Shown here in pieces: positions 1-11,130 of a stretch of DNA of 64,000 nt. The notes beneath the pieces were generated by a model. The model searched no databases and had not been told where the DNA came from. It saw only the letters and a program-made list of their open reading frames with translations. This DNA is from Phyllosticta citribraziliensis. Taxonomy: Eukaryota. The DNA is taken from the NCBI RefSeq assembly GCF_038025025.1, contig NW_027117339.1:1860001-1924000 (forward strand), read 5' to 3'. How positions within the stretch are numbered: position 1 is the first letter of the stretch; each line of letters begins with the position of its first letter. A program made the position numbers and the translations under genes.

Positions 1-301
1 CCAGGACTCCCTGGAATGGCGATTGCAGAGAGCGAAATGGACCGGCCCGCATGCCAGGGATCTCGGACCGATCTCTTCGGATGGAGCATTGAGGAGCAAC
101 GAAGCCCTCTGCAAAGATGCAATTAAATCACTTGTCACAATCCATACACAATGCAGAAAAAGCAAAGCATCAATGCAATCGTACAGGATACCTAACAATT
201 CGGTCGGACAAGCTTTCCCGCTTCTCCCACAAGCATTCCAGGGAGCATCCGATGGTCCATCAAGGTGCAGCAGATCCTGGCAACGACACACCGCGTCTGC
301 C

Positions 302-1363
302 TTATCCTCCCGTCAACTCGTCCATCCCACCGCGCACCTTATCCCTAACTTCATTCCTATACAACGGGCACACGTCAACCTCCCTCCTCCACAGCTCCCA
401 CGGCCTACCCACCGAGCCCTTCGCAACCGACTCCGCGGCATCCCTCGCCTCCCTGTCACTCAGATACCGCACGCCATCCACAGCCGCACTCTTGACAGTC
501 GCCCCACTCAGCTTCCCACTACCTTCGTCAACCTTGCCTCCCTCCACCACGCCGCCTCCCCAGGCCGCAGCAATTGTCAAGGCCCCCGTCAATGCCTGCG
601 CCGCCTCCTTGGTGTACACGGCCTGGAATACGGCAGTCTCGATGCTGGCGGCCGCCGTGGTGAAGCCGTGGCCGCGCATCAGCACCGTCGAGTGTTCCGG
701 GACGCGCGGTCCAGGCGGCGGGTCGCGGCCGGTGATTCTGGTCCTCAGCGACGTCGACAGTGTCGCCAGCGCTGTGTGAGACACGCGGAAGGCATTGGCG
801 AGCGCCGCGCCCAGGCGCGGTGTGCGAACTAGCAGGTCTTGTGGCTCTGACGAGGATGAGGAGAAGTATGCGGCTATGTCCCAGACAGGGACCTGCGGGC
901 CTGGAGAAAAGGAAGAGGATTAGCAGGTGAACCAATAATGGTGTAGTTGAGCGCCGGGCATACCGAGAAACCCAGCCATGTGCGTAGTCGGCCTGAGCGG
1001 CACATTGCTCACGCAATACGGCAAGACCTCTGGACAATGACTATGGACGACGGCATTGACATCCGGGTACTTTTTCAGAAGCTCGCTATGTATGCAGCGC
1101 TCGGCGTAGCCGGGCTTGACGTTTGGGTAGACGGGCGACGCGTCCTCGACGTTGTACTGAACCAGATCGGCCTCGCTGCTGATGAGCGCGGGCGCTATGT
1201 GGCGCGCCATGAAGAAGGTCGACGGGTTGTGAGGGTTGCGCACGCTGAGGTGCCCGTAGCCGTCGACGATCCCGTGGTGGTGCAGGATGTGGGATCCGGT
1301 GATGAAGATGTCGAGGAGTGCATCGTCTATGTCGCCTTTGGCTTGGCCTTCGTTGTCTGCCAT
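302..1363 (-). CDS. Class II aldolase/adducin family protein (2 exons: 1363-964, 900-302)
   Basis: Motifs DGYGHLSVRNP, ERCIHSELLKKYPDVNAVVHSH and VLMRGHG. Intron 963-901 (GTATGC..CTAAT..CAG) joins the two ORF-track pieces in frame (FLG/PQVPVWDIA). Confidence 0.9.
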
Positions 1364-1938
1364 TTTTGCTTTTGCTTGACGCTGCGATTGACTTATGTTG
1401 TTTGAGGCCGAATGTTGTTGTAGTATGCTGGGGGGTCTGGCTGGGAATCCAGCTGCCATTGCGTCATGCTTGCGACCCCGCCATGGCTCTTGCTACCTAG
1501 CTCCAGTCGCGCATGCATAAATCCGGGTTTTCCTCAGGAAGGAAAGCTTGGTGCATATAGACAACGACCAAAAGGGAAGGAGGGTGGAGGAAATCTGAAT
1601 TTCTTTCGGGAGCTCAGAAAGGGAGGGAATCAAGCGTTCAGGAGGAATGCATGGAGAATTCAAGTGATAAGAAGCACACGACCAATTAAGCGAGATGCGT
1701 TTGCACCACTCCAAGTCCTACCGTCAAACACTCCAGTAGCAAAGAATACAGCAGTCTCAATGCTCCGCTCGAATCGATATCCGCACCAGTCCCTTGGCAC
1801 ACATTCGAAATTCGACACTGAGAAGCCAGTATAGCTATCGAAGCTTACCCTCTCCCTGACACGATGAAGTCAATCAACCATACATCCAAGCTCCAACGGA
1901 GTCGTCCACTCATACCGATTGAAGTCAATGGCAGCGTC

Positions 1939-2528
1939 TCAGTTACACCTGAAAGAACCAACATCATCGGTCCAACCCTTCAAATCATCTGTCCCAGGCC
2001 ATTCCAAGTGGAGGAATTTCCCCGAGCAATCAATGGTTCTAGACACGGCGGTTAGCCGCAAAAGAAGCCCCGGCAAAGCTGAAAGTTGTAGAGATGCAAA
2101 GCTGGCCTACCGAAACAAGTCGCACTGGAATCCCTGATCTGGGCCGAAAGAGGACAGTTCGGCTCCGCTGCAGCGAAAGAGACGCGTTAGAACTCAATAT
2201 CTTTAGTAAGAGACCGGTAAAGAGGATGAGATGGGTGGGAATTGTGGATGCACCTTCGCCCGTTATTGATGCAGTAGCCCTTGAGACGTTCGATTTTGGT
2301 GCATGTGCCGCCCCAGTGGGGATCGGTGCATATGTATACCTGTTTATTCGTGTCAGGGAAACTGTTTATGCCCTAAATGAAGTTCGGATAGCCACGTACG
2401 CGGAAGATGAACGGGTTGTCCTGGCGTGGCGAAAGGGCGCCAGCTTCTCTGGACATAGCAATGTCGAGAGGTGTCGCGGTCGCCATGGCGGCCAGCAGGT
2501 TGAGTAGAATGACGGGTAAGTAATGCAT
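1939..2528 (-). CDS. Small secreted 6-Cys protein, 123 aa, beta/gamma-crystallin-like pattern (exons 2528-2400, 2339-2254, 2167-2111, 2038-1939)
   Basis: Three GT-AG introns with branch sites give MHYLPVILLNLLAAMATATPLDIAMSREAGALSPRQDNPFIFRVYICTDPHWGGTCTKIERLKGYCINNGRSGAELSSFGPDQGFQCDLFRTIDCSGKFLHLEWPGTDDLKGWTDDVGSFRCN*. Hydrophobic signal peptide and LSPR propeptide end. Confidence 0.85.
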
Positions 2529-3291
2529 AGCGATAGGATAATGATGCTGTGGCTCAAAAGAGTGCCAGTGTCGACACAGTGTTGGGGTTCGAGAAAGTAA
2601 TGAAGGATATATAGCGTCTCGGGCACGGCAATGGAATTCTTTTCAGTATCCACGAAATCGGAAGGGCCTTTGAAACCAATTGAGGATGCATCTATCAAAA
2701 GAAGAAAGCCAGGGGGGAAGTTCTGCCGTTTCATCGTGCTTTGGTACATGTTGGGCAAGATCTCGAACGATTGGCGGCAAGTACGTGTATCGTTAAATCC
2801 GGAAAGAACGGACTTGAATCTGAGGTGTCTGTCCTCTTGCGCACCAAACAATTCTGAAGCAAACAAGTCAAGCCGAGGCGAAAATGAAGACGACTCGAAA
2901 TGCGGCGAATCAGCAAATGTGAAAAATTTCTAATAGAGTTACCAAATAAAGAAACATTGCATCCGAAGGTGCAACAGATCCACGGGGCCCACGCATCTCA
3001 GCTATGGGTAACGTATCCTCGAGGTCATCGTGACAACCTCGGAGACGGGCTATAGCAAAGGTCAATCAATACAGCTGTTGTGTGCACATGATGCTGAGTA
3101 GGTGATTTCGGTCGAGACGAGTAGGTATAACGTTGCTCTCTGGCGACCACTTGCGCCCTACCTCTTGTTCAAACTTGGATATCCAGATTCACTCTTCTCC
3201 GTTACTCTCATGATGCTTGCTGAAGCTTTCACCCCAGTCTTTGGCTCGGTTTGACTTGCGCCTTGGAGAAGCTTCGGGTTTTCCCAAACGA

Positions 3292-4346
3292 CTAAGCCTT
3301 GACATGCTTTGCTACCGCTACAGGAACGGCCGGAACGTCAGGCCACGCCTTCTTGATGGCGTCCTGTACCATTACCAAGCAGCCCTTGGGACCAGGAACG
3401 GCGCCTGTGGTCCGTGGTTAGCAGATGTTCTAAAGACACGTCTAGTAGGCGCACTCACCATTCACGACCACAATTCCCATCTCCTTGTCCACCTGCAGCA
3501 CCTTGAGGTTCTGCACAGTGTGACGTTCATTACCCATGCGTCCTGCCATGGGCCTGCCAGGGAGCACTCTGGAACCGGAGCCCTGACCACCACCAGACGA
3601 ACCCATTCCTCTGTGCATGAGCGACTGACCGTGCGAAGCAGGCTGACCACCCCATCCATGCTTTTTCATACCCTATAATGCCATCATGTCAAATTCTGAC
3701 CCCAACGAATTCCGCGAGAAGGTGGACTTACACCCGCAAAACCCTTGCCCTTTGTGTTTGCCCTCGCATCCACAAACTGGCCCTCCAGAAACCAGTCCGC
3801 ACCAATGACCTGTCCGACCGCCAGCAGACCCTGCTCATCCTTGACGCGGAATTCCTTGATGTGCTCCTTGGGACTGACCTCGCACACGGCGTAGTGACCC
3901 AGCATTGGCCTCGTAATGTTGCTTGGATGTCTGTATCCGCTGCCCACGGCGACAGCCCAGTATCCATGAATATTGCGCCTCTTGTGGGACACGACCTGGC
4001 ATCGGTCGATCTGCAAGACGGTGCATGGGACGCGGAGACCCGTCGCTGGATCGACCATTGCGGTCATGCCTCTTTTGATGGCGATGGCACCGGACCGCAA
4101 CGGGGTCGTAAAAGCCTTGCGCTCAAGTGCAGCAGTCGATGAGGCGCCGAGTACAGGTAGGTGGGGTCCATGGTTGAAGCGATTGGTGGGATGCGGGTGT
4201 TTGGTGACGGATTTCATGCCGCGAGAGGTCATGGCGAAGGCATTGCTGGGAGCGCATTGGGGGACAACGGCCGCCGTTCTTGATGCTTGTCTTGCTATGG
4301 ATCCAATGGGCGATTGGGCCCACCGCAAAGAGAGCCGTGGTGGCAT
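3292..4346 (-). CDS. MRPL9: Mitochondrial large-subunit ribosomal protein uL3m (exons 4346-3732, 3672-3459, 3404-3292)
   Basis: L3 motifs IAIKRGMT, KGKGFAGGMKKHGW, SHGQSLMHRGMGS, MAGRMG and NGAVPGPKG. Arg/Ser-rich presequence. Two canonical introns. Confidence 0.95.
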
Positions 4347-4938
4347 TGCTGCGGTCGTGTGGAGAGGTGGAAGTGGTAATGCTGGTAGTTTTGGGGATTT
4401 CCAGCGGCTGGAAGTCGGCAATGCGATCTCTGCACTTGTGGCCGCCGCGGTCTCCGTAGCACGATGGCAAACAACGGAGCCAGCACCGCAGCTACGTTGG
4501 AAGTTGACTTGCACACGCGCTAGCATGGCTCTAGCCTGCTGCAGATTGATTACCATCACCAATTGGTCAGATGCTAGCTGGGGGGCACCTCCACACCGGT
4601 GGAGATCCTCCTTCTTCCAGCGAATTTAAGCAATTTCAGACGTCACCAGATGTAAAAACCCAAACACCCAGTCGTTGATTAAGTCTAGAGAAAACATCCA
4701 CCACCACCGCCGCACCATTTGCCCTGAAAGCGGGACAATCACCCTTCAACTTTTGACCATTGCCAAAGTGCACCTCTCATCCAGACCTGACGCAAGGAGT
4801 TTCCGGGACGCCCCAAATGCTGATTCGACTCCTGCCAACAGACTATGGTAGACCGCTATCTAGACGCCCTCCCGAATGATTATACGCAAATCAAAGACCC
4901 TCCGACCCATTTCACTCTGATGCTTGATGTGCGGCCAT

Positions 4939-7688
4939 CTATTTTGCAGAACGCGCGCTGCTGACGCCACTGCCGCCATTGCTCATGATGCTAGGGATTG
5001 CATATGTCCCAGGAGCATTGTGCTGAGATGGCACCATCGGTGGCGTTGTCCGATTGTTCTGTGGACCACCCATGAACTTTTGCTGCGGTGGAAGTGACGC
5101 CGGCGGAGGAGGCTTGGGAGGAAGATGCGAGGGCGTCCCCCACTTCGCAATACTGCTTTGGCCGCCCATCGAGGCAGGCTTGGCACCGGGCAAAGGCGCC
5201 GCAGACACAGGTTGAGGCAACGGATGAGAAATCCCCTGATTCGGAATGCCTGTCTTCATGAAGGCAGGATTCGGTGGCTGGCGGATGCTGTTGAACTGCG
5301 GTTGCGGCGCTGGCTGGCCAGGTCTCCCTTGCTGATGCATGCCCATGTAGCCGGGGTAGCCAACCATGTTGGGAGCAACAGAGGCCATCTGAGGAGACTG
5401 TGCAGGCATATTGTAGCCAGGCGCTCCGCGCATGCCGGGCACAAAGCTGGGAACAAAAGCTTGGCTTTGGGGATTGAATTGTTGCCTGTTGAAGCTGCCC
5501 GGAAGAGGATGCTGGTTGCGGTTATTCCCAAAAGAAGGATTTGGGAGCTGCCCGTACGCATAGCTTTGGCCAGCAGACATGGGTCGGTCGTTAAAGCCTT
5601 GTGGAAACTGGTACGGCATCTGGACATTTACTTGCGGCCACGGCTGGTTGACTCCCTGAGACTGAGGCCTGTATCCATCTGGATGGCCCGCTAGCGGAAC
5701 ACTTGACATCCTGGGAGTCACTTTGGTGTTGTTGTTCTGCTGGAAAGACATCCGCTGCTGGAAGTCGGAGGAAATGTCGTAGTTGACGGGCATGGGTGCC
5801 CCAAACGGCGCTGGGTTGATCGACCCTGTGGGCGGTGAAGCAAACTGTGGAAGCTGCCAGGAATATTGGTGCTGAGCTTCTTGTTGCACCATGACTGGAA
5901 AACCTGTTTGGCCCTGAAAGGGAGAGGAGACCGGTGGGTTCACGTTCGTCTGAGGCGCCATGCTATTCACGGGCCCGTAGTACATGGGCTGAGCGCCGTT
6001 TGAGTAACCAGGGCCGCCGTATTGGGGAGGAAAGTACGGGCTGAACTGAGATCTGGCCTCAAAGCCGTCATCATCGTTGTTGCGCGGCTTCTTCTTGTTC
6101 TTTCGTCCTGCAGCAGAGCTGGAGCGGGACATGTCCTTGCCCTCGTTGTCCTTGGCCAAATCACCAAGGTCTCCATCCTCGGCACTGCCAAAAATGCGTT
6201 GGCGGGCTTCTTTGTACTTGGCCTCGCGTTCTTCCCTAGTCAGCTTTCGAGGTCCTTGGCCTGCATCGCTGCCACTATCTCCTCCCACTTCGGAAGTGGT
6301 CTTCGAAGGCCCGTCAGAGTTGGCAGTGGTGTTGGTCCCCGAGGGAGGCTTTCCATCCTCTCGACGCATGATTTTGCGAGCTGGTACCATGATTGGAGGC
6401 GTCTCGGGGCCTGAGGACAGTGCACTTGGAAGACCCGATAGGGGCGGAGGCCTGGGTCGATGTCAACGGGTGGTCACGAAAAAGGTAGCTTCTCAACCCA
6501 CATTCGACTGTATGAAGTCTTGGTAATTTTGACCGCGCTTGTAACTGGGTCAACGACATGACCAAGGAGATAATAGTCAGCAAATCGATGTGCAAGCATT
6601 CTGTAGAATGCATTGCAATTAGGAACATCGAGTTCTTTCTCTCTGTGATTCAGTCAGCAAAAAGGCACTGTCAGCGTCATTTGCCCGGAGACGTACTCTG
6701 TGTTTCGCAAGAAATCAAGCACGTCTTGTTCTAGCTTGAGGACAAACAATCTATCTCTGGGGGATTGGAGCGCTTCCAACAGCTTCTCGTCTGGCATTGG
6801 CTGCGGCTGAGAAACGCCATCATTCTCTTGAATGGAGCCGAGCGACAGGGGACTGGGTCTGTTGACCTCGTTACTGTTTGAAGTCTGCGCCATGCGTGCC
6901 GGAAGAATTCCACGGTGCGACGTGGCTGAGATTTCGTTCAATTGGTCCCGGAAAGCACGACCGGCCCCAGTGTCCGAGCCGACTCGAGAGCCTGGAGCTA
7001 CCGAGTCTGGAGGAGAAAAAACATCCTCTCTATCTTCCTCGACCGCCCGTATGCTTGCGCTGTCGTCGGGACGAATGCTCTCTTTTTCATCTAGAGCGAA
7101 GGTCGTTCCAGACGCGACGCTCTTACCATCGAGGCTTGGAGGCTTGACCGAACTGTTTGACGAGGAGACTTGTGTAGCGTTGTCGTCAGAGACTACGGGT
7201 CTGGCGGTGCCCGCCGCTGGCCGCAATACTTGCCCAACCGTAGGACCATGGATTGTGCCATTTCGGATATGAGCTTCGGTTGACGGCTCGTGGCCGTCCG
7301 GGGAGGGTGCACGATGGCAATCCCCATTGCTCTCTCCGTTTTCCATGGGACCGTCGGTCAAGGGTGCGCCTGCATTTTCCGGCGAAGTCAGAGGCTTTTG
7401 GAGGATGACGGGAACCTGAGGAGAGTTTGCGCTTTTGGGATTGGTGGTTGTCTCTTTTGTATTCTGGGGATGATAGGCTGAAGCAGCGACCTAAGAAGCA
7501 TTAGCATCATCATCCCTGCCAGTGGGCGTGTTGAAAGAATCGTTTGGGATGGCCAAAATTGACAGTGTGGGGTACACGGGGGCTGCGCAGGATGTTGCAA
7601 AACGCAAATGGGAGAGATGGAGGCGAACCTTTGCAAACGATGGCCTCAGACCCTGGGTTTCGCTGACAGCGGGGGCCTGGGAGGACAT
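4939..7688 (-). CDS. R3H + SUZ domain RNA-binding protein with Q/P/N-rich low-complexity tail (exons 7688-7629, 7490-6697, 6642-6502, 6451-4939)
   Basis: LLEALQSPRDRLFVLKLEQD, then NAFYRMLAHRFADYYLL (R-x3-H) in exon 3, then the SUZ core LTREEREAKYKEARQRIFG. Three canonical introns keep the frame. Confidence 0.9.
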
Positions 7689-8520
7689 TCTCTGGCAAGG
7701 CGGAGCCAATGGCAGTGGACGGTAGAATGACAGTAGAATAGAAGGCGGCCGTCGATGTAGTACGAAGTGTTCGGTGGGGTGGGCGCGCGCTCAAAGCCGG
7801 TAGAGCTTGCGAAGTAAAGTGAAAATGTCGGAAGCCAAGTTTTGATTTCAGGAACCGGATTGCTCAAGGAAAGTCGTGAAGGCCAGAACCGTAGGGCTGG
7901 ACATGGTGGTGTGTCGAAGGTGAGGGCTCAAAAGGTCGACGGTGATTTCATCGCGGGTGCAACAGGGCGGTTGGGTGGGCGCACGCTGCTCGTCGGGTGG
8001 GTCCTTTTAGAGCGCAAGGCTTGAAGGGAGTCAGGGAGCCGGGCGCGGGGGACTGGCTGGCGATCGGACCGGAAGGACGAGCAAAGCGCAGATGGGCCAG
8101 AGCAGGACAAGACCGACAGCCGGAGGAGGTCGACTGAGAGACGGTGAGGATGAAGCAATTGGCAGGCCGTGACAGAGGGTGCAAACGAGACGACGTCTGG
8201 GCGGCCACAGAAGAGGAAGCAGAACAAGCGCACCTGAGGTCGCGCGGTTGACCATCGGTGAAACTCTTGCTCCGACGCCGACGGGACTGAGGCAGGTGGT
8301 GCTGGTGCTGGTGCTGGGTGCCCAGAGATGCCTCAGGTTGCAGTGGGAACCGGAAACCATCATCTGCGCCTTCCTTCGCACGCTAATCCTCAACACCTCG
8401 CACCCGGCCTCTCTCTACTTCGTCCCACCTGACTCACTCGACAAACCAACTCTCCTCAGTCTCTGCCGTCCAATTTCTGTCGCCTTCGCTTCATCCACTC
8501 CCGCAGACGCTACAGCTTGC

Positions 8521-9527
8521 ATGTATCGTGGTCCCTCATCACACGCCGGCCGTTCAAAGGCTGCGCCCTCGACAACCTGCCAGAAATGCCTGAAGAAAGA
8601 TATGCTGTTCCCTCTCTCTCTATCTGCCACTGCTGACCCTTCAGAACGCCATTACAGCTATGAGTGCAAAGTCACCACCCAAGAGAGGCCATACCTCGCC
8701 CGCCCTTCCCGGACCCAGCAGCTCTTCAACCCAAAGCTGATGCCTCAGCTGACAAGCGACGTACCCAACGACCTCCTTCGCAGGCAAGTCCGCCGCATGT
8801 TTTCATCTGCTCGATCTAACACACCAGCAGAAAGGGTGTCGCCGATGAAGTCCTCGCCAAACAGTCCGAAGAACGCGGCCGCAAGCACGCGCGCGATGAC
8901 GACCACGGTGCGCCTCCTCCGCGGACGCGTTCGCGCTCAGAGTCATCGTTCTCTTCTGTCTCGACCGTGTCTACAAACCGCTCCCCCACCCGCTCTCCAT
9001 TTCCACATCAACGCGGCACAAATCCTTCCGGCCACCGGGCCCACTCCCCGCCGTCTGACGCGCGGAAGCGTCGCCGACGTTCAGTGAGCTCGTCGCCAGA
9101 CCGAAATGCTTCCGACAGACCGAAAGAGCGCAATACCAGGAGAAGACGCAGTTCGTACAGCCCAGCCCAGCGTGGCCGGCGCAGAAGCAGGTCATTCTTG
9201 TCAAACAATCGCGATCGTTCGGCAAGCGCGACTAGGGAACAAAGCGTCGACCATGAAATGGACAGATCCCCGTCGCCCTACAGCAGAAGAAAGAGAACTT
9301 CGAGGCGAAGCCCAGATAGGAGTCCTGCGGGGAGGGCACCTAGGATGCGCAGCCCTCCCCGATATCCTAACCGGGACTTCGACAGAAACATGGACGGTGT
9401 TGCAGAGAGGCCATCTCAATTTTCTCCGGCCCCTCGTGGCTCTCCTCCAGCAAGTACCCGTGAGCGAAGTCTCAGCCCTTACAGCAAGCGCCTGGCCTTG
9501 ACTCAAACCATGAATGTGGGTCACTGA
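8521..9527 (+). CDS. Zinc-knuckle (CCHC) protein with RS-rich tail, SREK1IP1/ZCCHC10-like (exons 8521-8599, 8648-8783, 8831-9527)
   Basis: Spliced product reads CQKCLKKGHYSYEC..QERPYLARPSRTQQL..LLRRKGVADEVLAKQSEERGRK, followed by RS/SP repeats and RERSLSPYSKRLALTQ. Needs one AT-AC and one GC-AG intron. Confidence 0.88.
8600..8647 (+). other. Predicted AT-AC intron with U2-type signals (48 nt, in frame)
   Basis: Starts ATATGC, has a pyrimidine tract, branch site GCTGAC at 8632-8637, ends AAC. Removal restores C-x2-C-x4-H-x4-C. Confidence 0.75.
8784..8830 (+). other. GC-AG intron with CAGCAG tandem acceptor
   Basis: AG|GCAAGT donor, CTAAC branch, CAGCAG end. Joins the 8521 frame to the 8967-9527 frame. 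Confidence 0.85.
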
Positions 9528-10161
9528 GGCTGCTAATCTCTCAATCCGATCTGAAAGACTCGTCTTATTCTAGACGGCGCGATGATGCATTCTGTGGATT
9601 CGGGTAGGCATTTGGTGGCCTGTGGCCGTCATTTATGGATAGCAAAGGCGTTGGAAAGACGGGCTTTGTTTTTTGAGGCGCGCATCACGGTGAACATTGT
9701 ATTCCGGCCCTGTGGAAAGGCCTTTTGGGTAGACGTGCCGCTTCACCCCTCCATGATACCCAAGAACCCTAGTATAGAAACCTACTCCGCAAGACGGACG
9801 CCTTTCATCCCACTTATTTGCGCTTGTATCCACATGCAGACGATCATCTCTCGCAGAGTGCCGGCGTACCATGATTTGGAACATTGTCTGGTTCCTGTAA
9901 AAACCTCTTGCAACAGTGTTTCTGTGCATTAGCATAAATCAATCACTCAACCCTCAGACCACCGGGCTATACTGTTGTAGACACAGCCCTCCAAATTGTA
10001 AATTCAAGGACACGCCCTCCTTCCTCATTTCCCACCTGCTCGCAGTACCCTGAATCCAAAACCCACATCCCTTGGAATGCGCCGAACCCATGCTTTTCGT
10101 CAAATCACTTGTACCAATATGCCGAAACGCCCCGGTTGTCCTGAAGCAAGCGTGAATGTGT

Positions 10162-10773
10162 TTACGCCAGCTCGTCGTCGTCCTTCTCCCTCTCTCGCTC
10201 AGCCTCTTCTTCTCTCTCGCGCACATGCATAGCCTCGACCAAGTTGACTCCTTCCATGCCCACTTCTTGACCATCGCCAGAGCTCGTGCCGTCGCGCTCT
10301 GTAGCCCTTGACTTTGCCTCCCCTTGACTCTTCTCAATGCGCTCCCGCACCAGTCTTGCAATCGCATTCTCAGTCCTTACATTGAGTACTTCCAGCTTCT
10401 TTTCCAGATCGCGCTTGAGATCCCAGTTCGGTTTCTTGGGTTGCAGCTTGAAAAGGTCCAGCGGCTTGTCGTCGCCCTCCTCCTCTGCTTCCTTCCGTGT
10501 CCGCTCTTCGAGCTCCTGCGCTTGCTTCTCCAACGTCTTCTGGCCCTCGGCGGGATTTAGCTCGAATCCTAGCTTGGGGGCCTTGGTAGTTGCGTCATAG
10601 TTGCGGCCTGAAGTGTAGGTCGAGGTGGCATCGAATGTTTGCTGATAATCAGAGGGCGCGCCGTCTTCCATGTCTTGATCTTCGTCAGGTTGTTTTCGCT
10701 TCAGCGATTTGAGCTTCGCAAGGCGAGCCTTGCGCTCCTCGGCCGCCGCGCTGAGGGAGGCTTGAGATGACAT
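10162..10773 (-). CDS. cwf18: Pre-mRNA splicing factor Cwf18 (CCDC12 family)
   Basis: ERKARLAKLKSLKRK, SGRNYD and LDLFKLQPKKPNWDLKRDLEKKLEVLNVRTENAIARLVRERI. Intronless 203-aa ORF. Confidence 0.92.
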   Translation of the reverse strand: MSSQASLSAAAEERKARLAKLKSLKRKQPDEDQDMEDGAPSDYQQTFDATSTYTSGRNYDATTKAPKLGFELNPAEGQKTLEKQAQELEERTRKEAEEEGDDKPLDLFKLQPKKPNWDLKRDLEKKLEVLNVRTENAIARLVRERIEKSQGEAKSRATERDGTSSGDGQEVGMEGVNLVEAMHVREREEEAEREREKDDDELA

Positions 10774-11130
10774 TGCCCCAACGGTGTAATTGTTTGATGT
10801 TGGATTGATGTTGGCGCTGCGGAGAGTGGTAGTGGGAAAAGTAGACTGATGGCGAGCTCCGTATGCGATTGTGGTGGGCCAGTGTATGCTGTATGCAAGG
10901 GCGTGGAGATGCGCCAGTGGGCATTTGAGAGCTAGAAGGAGTTTTCGTGAACGTGGGCGTCAACGATGCAAAGCGGTTGGTGAAGCCGTGAAGTTGTTGC
11001 TCTGCGGGTAGCGGAGACGGCGGCGGAGGTTACGCGCCAAAAATTCCGCCGTTGGCTCTTCCGTTCCGCTCAGACACCTTCATCACTCGCTTTTCTGCGA
11101 GACTGCGACATGACCGCAACGCTGACCTAG

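Noticed and set aside
2366..2933. ORF-track proteins of 166 and 100 aa
   Set aside because: They overlap the promoter and first exon of the spliced secreted gene in other frames and have no recognisable features.
8600..8647. True U12 (minor spliceosome) intron
   Set aside because: The donor is ATATGC rather than ATATCCTT and the branch is GCTGAC rather than TCCTTAAC, so the signals are U2-type.
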